In this document: positions 56,700 to 64,000 of the stretch, piece by piece
Numbering within the stretch: the stretch's first letter is position 1
How the letters are laid out: each line of letters begins with the position of its first letter
Source: Anaerolineae bacterium
GTDB lineage: Bacteria; Chloroflexota; Anaerolineae; Epilineales; JAHCIE01
Length of the DNA: 64,000 nucleotides
Assembly (NCBI GenBank): GCA_026129165.1
Contig: JAHCIP010000002.1
Span: 6,761-70,760 of the forward strand
Direction of reading: 5' to 3'
Notes under the pieces: model-generated
What the model saw: only the letters and a program-made list of their open reading frames with translations
Told to the model about the DNA's origin: nothing
Database searches by the model: none
Translations under genes and position numbers: made by a program

Positions 56700-58682
56700 T
56701 TATTCAAACCCACTGCTCGATCCGCCGCCACCACCACCCCCGCCGCCCCAGCCCCCGCCGCCACTGCTCCAGCCGCCACCACCGCCAAAGCCTCCCGACG
56801 ACAGCGAGCGCCCGGCGCGGTTGAGCATGTCGAGCAGGCTATCGCTCACATCGTCCAGGCTGGGTGGCTGGCCGGAGCCACCCGCTCCGCCGGGGGCGCC
56901 CGGTGCCCCTGGTGCGCCGGGGACGCCAGGACCATAGCCGCCATGGCGGCGTCCATGCCCATACCCCCCGCCCGGCACAATAATGACCGGGCCGGGGCCA
57001 GTCGTGTAGGGACCAGGCAAGCCAGGGCCCCAATTGGCGGCCGGTTGGAACCACGGCGGAGCGGGTGTCCCGACCGCCGCCAGCTTGCGCACCCAGGTCT
57101 GGTCAACGCCCAGCGCGACCGCGTAGGGCAGGAAGCGGTTGAACAGCTGAGGCGCCTGGTCGCCCTCATATTTCTGGATGTTCGCCAGGTAGTCCTGGAA
57201 GGCGCGCCACTGAGTCGCCTGGCGCACACCTTCGGGCGTCCGCTTGGGCATATGCGGCGCGATGAGCAGGAACAGGAGGCCCAGGCCCACAATACTCAGG
57301 CCGGGCAGGAACGACAGGCCGCCCAGCCCGCTGAGGCAGACGCCCAGCATAGCGACCAGGCCGCCCAGCACAATCACCCCCACGCCGATACCCGAGTAGC
57401 GCTTGCGGATCGCCTCAGGGTTGGCGATGAACAGCCGCGTCTCCGTCACCTCTTTGTAGAGGTCATCCATCCACTGGCGCATGGAGGCGTAGAACTTGCC
57501 CTTCATGGCCGACATCTTGAACTGGCGCTCCTCGCCGAACAGGGCGCGCAACAGCGTCACCTCGAAGGGGCGTAGCTGGTTCAGGTCCACGCCCTCGCGC
57601 AGGGTGAAGCGGAAGTCCTGATTAGAGCCGAGCAGTTCCTGGTTCGCTTCTTCCTGGATGCCAATGACGTTGTGCGTCGCCAGTTCAATCAGCGTCGCCA
57701 CCACATCCCGTTCGTCGGCTCGTTCATCCACCAGCGTCCCGACAACAGCCGGCGGCAAGTCTGACGGCGGCTCGCGCACGACCATGTTGCGAGCCAGGGC
57801 CTGGCCTTGGGGATCGCGGCCGCGCGTCATGAACGTGACCAGGACGAACAGCCCGCCGCCTACAGCGATGAAGCCGGCCAGAATCAGGCTCGCCAGGTTG
57901 ACGACGGCAGCGATGTTGGCCTGCCGTTCGGTCGCTAGTTCCTGCTGCTCAGCGGCAGCCTGCCAGCGCGGCGGCGATGCCGTCACCAGCCCGTGCGGGA
58001 ACTGGACGCGCACTTCGTACTGGGCATCAGGCGCGATATTGCGCAGGGTGTAGGTGACGGTCTGCCCGCCACTGACCTGACCTGCCGTTGTATTGCGGCC
58101 ATCCAGGGCGCCCTCAGCGCGAATATCACTCGCATTGACCGCCTGGGGCAGGGCAATCGTAATCGTACTTGCCCCAATGGGGCCAGCGCGGCCGCTGCGG
58201 ATGGCGGCCAGGTACAACTGGTCGCCCGCGTCGGCAATGCGCAACGCCCCCAGCAGCCGATACTGGAGGATAAACGTGCGCTGTGTACTGGTGGGCTGGA
58301 AGGCCCACTCGATGCGCATGACCGGGTCGCCGTTGGCCGCTGTGCGCCGGTTAAAGAGATAGGTATTCGCCGCCTGGGCATCGCCCCGCGCGTAGGCCGG
58401 GCCATTTGGCTCGCTCACCGCGATATCGGTCATGTCCTCGATCTTGACCAGCGGAATCTCGGTGAAAGCACGCCGACGCGATGTGCCCTGGAAGTCCACT
58501 GTCTGGGTCTCACTGACCAAGATACTACCGTCCCGCTGAATCGCGTAGTTCACGTCGTAGCGGGGATAGTTGACTACCGAGCTTTGGGCCTGGCCTGTTC
58601 CCACCAGGAGCAGCGCCAGACACACCACGCCTGTCAGAACTAATAGCCATCGTCTGAGTGTCGTTCGCATACCACCTACCAA
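56700..58682 (-). CDS. DUF2207 domain membrane protein with a Gly-rich C-terminal tail
   Basis: Signal peptide; N-terminal extracytoplasmic domain (YDVNYAIQRDGSILVSETQTVDFQGTSRR); central TM helices; C-terminal GGFGGGGGWSSGGGGWGGGGGGGGG. Confidence 0.6.
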   Translation of the reverse strand: MVGGMRTTLRRWLLVLTGVVCLALLLVGTGQAQSSVVNYPRYDVNYAIQRDGSILVSETQTVDFQGTSRRRAFTEIPLVKIEDMTDIAVSEPNGPAYARGDAQAANTYLFNRRTAANGDPVMRIEWAFQPTSTQRTFILQYRLLGALRIADAGDQLYLAAIRSGRAGPIGASTITIALPQAVNASDIRAEGALDGRNTTAGQVSGGQTVTYTLRNIAPDAQYEVRVQFPHGLVTASPPRWQAAAEQQELATERQANIAAVVNLASLILAGFIAVGGGLFVLVTFMTRGRDPQGQALARNMVVREPPSDLPPAVVGTLVDERADERDVVATLIELATHNVIGIQEEANQELLGSNQDFRFTLREGVDLNQLRPFEVTLLRALFGEERQFKMSAMKGKFYASMRQWMDDLYKEVTETRLFIANPEAIRKRYSGIGVGVIVLGGLVAMLGVCLSGLGGLSFLPGLSIVGLGLLFLLIAPHMPKRTPEGVRQATQWRAFQDYLANIQKYEGDQAPQLFNRFLPYAVALGVDQTWVRKLAAVGTPAPPWFQPAANWGPGLPGPYTTGPGPVIIVPGGGYGHGRRHGGYGPGVPGAPGAPGAPGGAGGSGQPPSLDDVSDSLLDMLNRAGRSLSSGGFGGGGGWSSGGGGWGGGGGGGGGSSSGFE

Positions 58683-58734
58683 TCTAGCTTACGCATCACG
58701 CCGTCACCCCCATTATACCATACGTTCAAGCGCT

Positions 58735-58769
58735 TGCAACGTTGCATACCAGAGGCGGACGTGTATAAT
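58735..58769 (+). promoter_or_regulatory. Promoter (TTGCAT-N16-TATAAT) overlapped by the perfect 12-nt palindrome TGCAACGTTGCA (candidate operator) upstream of pfk
   Basis: Palindrome at 58735-58746, -35 at 58742-58747, -10 at 58764-58769. AGGAGGT Shine-Dalgarno at 58801 and ATG at 58811. Confidence 0.45.
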
Positions 58770-58810
58770 TGGCAGGTGACATGGGTTCGCTGGACGACCG
58801 AGGAGGTCAT

Positions 58811-61093
58811 ATGACAGTCTCACGAATAGCCCTGCTCACCTCAGGCGGTGATGCCCCTGGCATGAATACCGCCATTCGCGCTGTTACTCGCGCCGCCCTT
58901 GACCACGGGGTGCCAGTCTATGGTGTTCACGAAGGCTACGAGGGCCTGGTGCGCGGCGGCTCGATGATCCAAGTCCTGGACTGGAATGATGTCGGCGGCA
59001 TTCTCCAACAGGGCGGAACCATCCTGGGCACGGCCCGCTCTGAAGCGTTCCGTAAGTCAGAGGGCCGTCTGGCCGCCGCGCGGCATCTCGTCGAATTAGG
59101 CATAGACGGGCTGGTCGTTATTGGCGGCGACGGCTCGCTGTCGGGCGCCGACCTGTTCTCGCGGGAGTGGCCGAGCCACCTGCAAACACTACGCGCTGAG
59201 GGCGCGCCCGGCGCGGACAGCGCATCCGACGAGTTGGCGGTCATCGGCCTGCCCGGCTCGATTGACAACGACCTGTATGGCACCGACATGAGCATTGGTG
59301 TAGACACGGCCCTCCGCAACATCGTCCAGGCCCTCGACGCCCTCAGCAGCACCGCCGCCTCCCACCAACGCACGTTCGTCGTCGAAACCATGGGCCGCAA
59401 CTGCGGCTACCTGGCCCTCTACAGTTCGCTCGCTGGGGCTGGCTCCTGGGTGCTGATCCCCGAACAGGACCTGGAACGACGGTGGGCGGAAAAGATGGGC
59501 CAAGCGTTGCAAGCTGGCAACCAGGCGGGCCGCCGCCACGCGATGGTCATCGTCGCTGAAGGCGCTCGCCACAATGGGCTGCCCATCGGTATCGAAACCC
59601 TGCGCCAGATTATGACCCAGCGTCTCGGCGTCGAAGCGCGGGCCACCGTCCTGGGGCATGTCCAGCGGGGCGGGGCGCCCAGCACCTTCGACCGCATCCT
59701 GGCAACGCGGCTGGGGGTCGCGGCGGTGGATGAGTTGGTCAATGGGCAGGCTGACCCGCCGCGTATGATTGGCTTGCGGTCTAACCGCGTCGCCACGACT
59801 CCGCTGACAGAAGTGGTAAGCAAGAGCCGCGCCGTGAACGAGATGATCGAACAGGGCGAGTACGACACGGCGCTGAAGATGCGGGGGACGAGCTTCCGCG
59901 AGATTCTGGACCTGGCAAGCACCCTGAGCCAGCCCAACCCGGAGCACGAGCCAGCCGCCGCCAAGCCCATCGCTATCATGACCGCTGGCGCGGACGCGCC
60001 GGGCATGAATGCCGTCGTGCGTGTCGCAGTCCGTCTTGCGCTCAACGCCGGCAAACGGGTGCTGGGCGTCCACGACGGGTTCCAGGGGTTTGTCCGCGGA
60101 CGGGTGGAGGAGATGACGTGGCGCACCGTGTCCAACTGGTCCTCCCTGGGTGGCACCCAGTTGGGGGCCTCGCGCTATGTGCCGACCGAAGACGACTGGG
60201 ACAAGATCGCCCAGGTGATCCAGCAACACGACATTGGCGGCTTACTCGTGATCGGCGGGTGGACAGGCTACCAGGCGGCATTTGATATGCAGTCGGTGGC
60301 GGCCAGCCATCGCCCCCTGCGCATCCCCATTGTCTGCGTCCCGGCCACGATCAACAACAACCTACCGGCCACCGACTTCACCATCGGCTCGGATACTGCA
60401 CTCAACACCATTGTGGAAGCCGTGGACAAAATCAAGACCAGCGCCTTTGCCCGCAACCGTATCTTCATCGTCGAGGTCATGGGCCGCACCTGCGGCTTCC
60501 TGGCGCTGATGAGCGGCATCGCCACCGGCGCGGAAATTGTCTACCTACCCGAAGAGGGCATCAGTCTGGAACGGTTGATGGAAGATAGCACCCTCATGAA
60601 GCAGGGCTTCTCCCGTGGCAAGCGGCGCGGTATTGTGATCAACTGCGACGGCGCGTCGCGCTTCCTGACCACCGACACTATCCAGCGCCTCCTGGAAGAG
60701 GACGGCGGCGAGATGTACGAGGCGCGAGCGGCGATCCTGGGCCACCTCCAGCGTGGTGGCGCGCCCTCCCCCTTTGACCGCATCCAGGGCAGCCGTATGG
60801 CCGCCCGCGCTGTGCGCCACCTGCTGGAGTGTATGACTGATAGCCGGCCTGAAGCGGTGTGCATCGGGCTGCGCGATGAGGGACTCCAGTTCACCTCGCT
60901 GGCCGACGCTGTCAGCGAGATGGATATCCCGAACGAGCGGCCGCGTGTCCAGTGGTGGCTGAGCGGCCGTGACATGGTGCGCATGCTCGCCCAGCCCAAG
61001 CCCGATGTCCACCCCGTCACTGGTCCCATATCGCCCCCCACCCAGGATGGCAACGGCCGGGCTTTCAGCCCAGCCATACAGACCAGGCCCTAG
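58811..61093 (+). CDS. pfk: Tandem-duplicated ATP-dependent 6-phosphofructokinase (two PFK domains in one 760-aa chain, eukaryote-like)
   Basis: N-half: GGDAPGMN, GGDGSLSGA, GSIDNDL, MGRNCGYLAL (catalytic). C-half: GADAPGMN, IGGWTGYQAA, ATINNNLPATDFTIGSDTA, MGRTCGFLAL (diverged). Confidence 0.8.
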   Translation: MTVSRIALLTSGGDAPGMNTAIRAVTRAALDHGVPVYGVHEGYEGLVRGGSMIQVLDWNDVGGILQQGGTILGTARSEAFRKSEGRLAAARHLVELGIDGLVVIGGDGSLSGADLFSREWPSHLQTLRAEGAPGADSASDELAVIGLPGSIDNDLYGTDMSIGVDTALRNIVQALDALSSTAASHQRTFVVETMGRNCGYLALYSSLAGAGSWVLIPEQDLERRWAEKMGQALQAGNQAGRRHAMVIVAEGARHNGLPIGIETLRQIMTQRLGVEARATVLGHVQRGGAPSTFDRILATRLGVAAVDELVNGQADPPRMIGLRSNRVATTPLTEVVSKSRAVNEMIEQGEYDTALKMRGTSFREILDLASTLSQPNPEHEPAAAKPIAIMTAGADAPGMNAVVRVAVRLALNAGKRVLGVHDGFQGFVRGRVEEMTWRTVSNWSSLGGTQLGASRYVPTEDDWDKIAQVIQQHDIGGLLVIGGWTGYQAAFDMQSVAASHRPLRIPIVCVPATINNNLPATDFTIGSDTALNTIVEAVDKIKTSAFARNRIFIVEVMGRTCGFLALMSGIATGAEIVYLPEEGISLERLMEDSTLMKQGFSRGKRRGIVINCDGASRFLTTDTIQRLLEEDGGEMYEARAAILGHLQRGGAPSPFDRIQGSRMAARAVRHLLECMTDSRPEAVCIGLRDEGLQFTSLADAVSEMDIPNERPRVQWWLSGRDMVRMLAQPKPDVHPVTGPISPPTQDGNGRAFSPAIQTRP

Positions 61094-61138
61094 CCCAAGA
61101 CAGGCCCTAAAGGTTCCCGAAACCTTTAGGACCTGTCT

Positions 61139-62431
61139 TTACCCCGTCGCCTGCTCGCGGTGGTCCACCTCGGCGGCGGGTGGGGGCGTGGTAATCAGGC
61201 GCACCCCCCGGTCGGCCAGCAGGTAGTTCCAGGCCCAATTGACCAGGACGATCAGGCGGTTGCGGAAACCAATCAACTGAATCAGGTGGATGAACAGCCA
61301 GACGACCCAGGCGGTAAAGCCGGTGAACTGGAGGCCGGCCACCTGGGCGACCGCCGCGCTGCGGCCAATGGTCGCCATGCTGCCCGGGTCTTTGTAGCGG
61401 AAGGGCTGCAGCGTCTCACCCCGCAGGTGGCGCAGGATGTTCGCCGCCGTCTGCTCGCCCATCTGAATCGCCACCGGCGCGACCTGGGGCAGCGGCTGGC
61501 CGGCTTGCTCCAGATAAGCCATGTCGCCAATCACGAACACATTCGGCGCGGCCTCTAGTTGCAGCGTCGGCGTCACCTTGACCCGCCCGCCCCGTCCTGT
61601 CGGTTGGCCCAACTCCTGCGCCAGGTCCGCCGCTCTCACCCCGGCCGCCCAGAACAGCGTATGGGTAGGGATCACCGTCCCGTCCTTCAACCGCACCTCG
61701 TTCTCGTCCGCCCCTGCTACCATCGCCCCCAACCGCACCTCGACCCCCTTGCGCCGCAATTGCTTCAGAGCGTTCTCGCGCAGCTTCGGCGGAAAGGCTC
61801 CCAACAGACTGTCGGCCGCTTCAAGCAGGATAACCCGCGCCGATTGAACGTCGAGGCGGGGGTAGTCGCGTACCAGATTCTGGTGGATGAGTTCCGTCAG
61901 CGAGCCGGCCATCTCGACTCCGGTCGGACCGCCGCCGACAATGACAAACGTGAGCAGCGTCTGATGCTCCTGGGGGTCGGTGGTCACACTGGCCCGCTCG
62001 AACATGGTTAGCAGGTGGCTGCGGAGGGTCTCGGCTTCGTGCAGGTCCTTCAAGCCGAAGGCGTGGCGCTCGATCTCCTGACTGCCAAAGAAGTTGGTGA
62101 CGCTGCCCGCCGCCAGCACGAGATAGTCATAGGGGAGGGGGCCGGTGTTGGTGAGGATCTGCCGCGCCGCCAGGTCTATTCGCTCGACGCGGGCCAGCCG
62201 AAAATGGATATTGGGCGCGCGAAAGATGGCTCGCACGGGGTAGACGATACCCTCCGGCTCCAGGGCCGCCGTCGCCACCTGGTATAGCAAGGGCTGGAAG
62301 GTATGGAAGTTGTTCTGGTCCACCAGGGTCACGTCCACCGGCTGGCGGACGAGTTGCTTGGCGACGCGCAAGCCGCCGAAGCCAGCGCCCACCACCACTA
62401 CACGCGGTAAATCGGCCTGCTTTTCATTCAT
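61139..62431 (-). CDS. ndh: Type II NADH dehydrogenase (NDH-2), FAD/NAD(P)-binding
   Basis: VVVVGAGFGG and a second GxGxxG (VIVGGGPTGVEMAG); 430 aa. Confidence 0.8.
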   Translation of the reverse strand: MNEKQADLPRVVVVGAGFGGLRVAKQLVRQPVDVTLVDQNNFHTFQPLLYQVATAALEPEGIVYPVRAIFRAPNIHFRLARVERIDLAARQILTNTGPLPYDYLVLAAGSVTNFFGSQEIERHAFGLKDLHEAETLRSHLLTMFERASVTTDPQEHQTLLTFVIVGGGPTGVEMAGSLTELIHQNLVRDYPRLDVQSARVILLEAADSLLGAFPPKLRENALKQLRRKGVEVRLGAMVAGADENEVRLKDGTVIPTHTLFWAAGVRAADLAQELGQPTGRGGRVKVTPTLQLEAAPNVFVIGDMAYLEQAGQPLPQVAPVAIQMGEQTAANILRHLRGETLQPFRYKDPGSMATIGRSAAVAQVAGLQFTGFTAWVVWLFIHLIQLIGFRNRLIVLVNWAWNYLLADRGVRLITTPPPAAEVDHREQATG

Positions 62432-62691
62432 TGCGGTCTCCTACCTGTTTGTGATTCACAATCCTTAGCCGAGTGGAATTAACTTGTCTAAATCTTAGAC
62501 GATGTGAGAGGCATATGCATAACAATCGCTGTCAGACCCTCATCCATCCAGCCTTCCCATCCGTGCTCTAGCATAGGCAACCGTGACGCCGTGCTACTCC
62601 CTGACCCGCCCCGTTTTGCGGACGCCTGACCCCGTGCTACAATTTGGAGAGTGAACAGGTAGCATCAAGCTCGTTCAACCGGATGACGCCC

Positions 62692-64000
62692 TATGCCCCC
62701 ACTTCTACCCTCTGGCCTGATTCGTCTCTCGTTCCGCCTCGGTCCCTGGACCTCGCCCACCGCGAAGGGCTGGCAGGCCGCCTATGACGGTCTGGTCGCC
62801 TTGCTTGTCAATGCGGGCGCCCCGGTCTATGGCCTGTTGGAGGCCGACCTGGCCCCTGGCGAGCCAGGCAGCGCCCGGTGGTTCAGCCAATATGCCCAGC
62901 ACGCGGCTCAAGTCGTCGCCCGCTATGCCGACCGCGTCCACACGTTTGAAGTCCTGCCCGGCCCCAACCAGATTGACACCAACGGCCGCAGCCGGCTGTC
63001 GCCCGCCGCGTTTGCGCGCGGCCTGGCCCTCGTCTATGAAGCTGTCAAGGCCGAAGGGCGAGGCCGCGAGACGGTTCTCGTCGCGGGCGCGATTGCCCTG
63101 GCCGCCGACGGTGCGGGCTACCTCAGCCAGACCCTTACCTTTGGCGTCGGCTCAACGGCCTGGGAGGGTGTGCGGCAGGCCACGCGCTCGGCCGCGCCTT
63201 TCGACGCCGTCGCCTGCTGGCCGTCGCTGCCCGACCGCCCTGACCCGCTGGACCTCAACGCCGTCGCTGAGCCAGTCGAGCGCTTCCTCCAGGCGCTGGC
63301 TGGCAACACAGCGGTCAAGGATAAGCCGGTCTACCTGTCCGGGTTCACTCTAGCCGGCGCTCAGGGGGCCGAGTGCACCACAGAGCGACTCGACCGTCTG
63401 ACAGCCCACCTGCTCGAACGCCGCCCCGGTTTGCGACTGGCCCTGCGCGACGCAGCCAGCGCCGGCCCGGCCAGCTCGCACGAACTGTCGCCTTCGGTTG
63501 TCGGCGCCTATGCCCTGCTCCCCGTCGCCCTGCCCGTTCCGCTCGCCATGGGAGCGCGGCCCTTTGTCCCTAGCGTGGACGGCTTCGATTACCCCGTAGG
63601 GCCGCGTGACCAGCGCGAGCCGCCCCAGGGCTACAACTCGGCCGCCGGCCTGGCCGGAGACGAGTACTTCCGCCTGTTTGGCGTGTGGCATACGGGCGAG
63701 GACTGGAACGGCCCAGGCGCCGGGGACGCGGACCTTGGTCTACCTGTCTACGCCATCGCCGCCGGCCTCGTCACAATGTCCGATTTCTTCACCCCGTCGT
63801 GGGGCAATATCGTCCTGATGGAACACACCCTGCCCAGTGGGACAAAGGTCTGGTCGCAATACGCTCACTTGCGCGAGCGGTTGGTCAAGGCGGGCGATGT
63901 GGTCGAGCGTGGCCAGCAGGTGGGGACCATTGGCAAGGGCGCCAATGACGCCTGGCTAGCCCACCTCCACTTTGAGATTCGCCAAGCCGACCTGCCGGCC
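62692..64000 (+). CDS. Partial (3'-truncated by the window edge) two-domain protein: an N-terminal glycoside-hydrolase-like domain of unknown family plus a C-terminal M23 (LytM-type) peptidase
   Basis: Absent from the ORF track because no stop is reached. ATG at 62692; the frame stays open to position 64000. The C-terminal part has WHTGEDWNG...GNIVLMEHTL...YAHL...GQQVGTIGKG...AHLHFEI (M23 HxxxD / HxH motifs). Confidence 0.65.

Noticed and set aside
1-64000. tRNA or rRNA genes.
   Set aside because: I scanned the intergenic regions (17961-18223, 19873-20074, 41045-41253, 45059-45359, 53303-53466, 54565-54879, 58683-58810, 62432-62691) for T-loop GTTCGAATC-type motifs and cloverleaf-sized GC stems. 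None were found.

Overview
This is a gene-dense, high-GC (about 65%) bacterial chromosomal segment. The gene content looks Chloroflexota-like, but that is an inference, not a match. I found no rRNA, tRNA or CRISPR array, and no intact mobile element. Start codons in the ORF track include GTG and TTG, so several calls were re-trimmed to an internal ATG with a Shine-Dalgarno motif.

Main content, in order:
- An MntA/HepT-type (nucleotidyltransferase plus HEPN/DUF86) toxin-antitoxin pair with its own sigma70-like promoter.
- A LacI-regulated disaccharide phosphorylase locus: pgmB, a GH65 phosphorylase, lacI, a sugar ABC transporter, a GH130 phosphorylase and a CrtC/AttH-like secreted protein.
- A Ca2+/H+ antiporter, then uxuA, an SDR oxidoreductase and an MFS transporter.
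- An MtaD-type amidohydrolase fused to a C-terminal CYTH (CyaB-like) domain, followed by a small membrane protein, then an SCP2 protein with an Fe-alcohol dehydrogenase.
- NHL-repeat, Kelch/dockerin-like, PD40 (TolB-like) and DUF1573 secreted proteins, and a 1281-aa NHL + vWA-like + Thr/Pro-linker + SdrD-B-like surface protein.
- A MarR regulator with a heterodimeric ABC exporter, corA, and two further ABC-2 transporter genes (ATPase and permease).
- guaB, mscS, a DAG-kinase family protein, a CvpA-CAP fusion, and a PspA cluster (pspA, a membrane protein, DUF2207).
- A eukaryote-like tandem-duplicated phosphofructokinase, a type II NADH dehydrogenase, and a partial M23 peptidase at the window edge.

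Observations worth a second look:
- A dispersed family of palindromic elements built from tandem 7-9-nt units. Each locus has a different unit sequence. They sit between genes of the sugar operon and elsewhere, and also occur in-frame inside two coding sequences.
- A 1.2-kb low-GC (about 42%) islet carrying one orphan gene, a candidate defence or Abi-like cargo.
- An in-frame amber codon at codon 27 of an FAD-dependent oxidoreductase.
- The MtaD-CYTH fusion.
- The tandem PFK, with a perfect 12-nt palindrome over its promoter -35.
- A putative structured leader upstream of the DUF1573 gene.
- Canonical TTGACA-N16/17-TAnnnT promoters in front of several genes.
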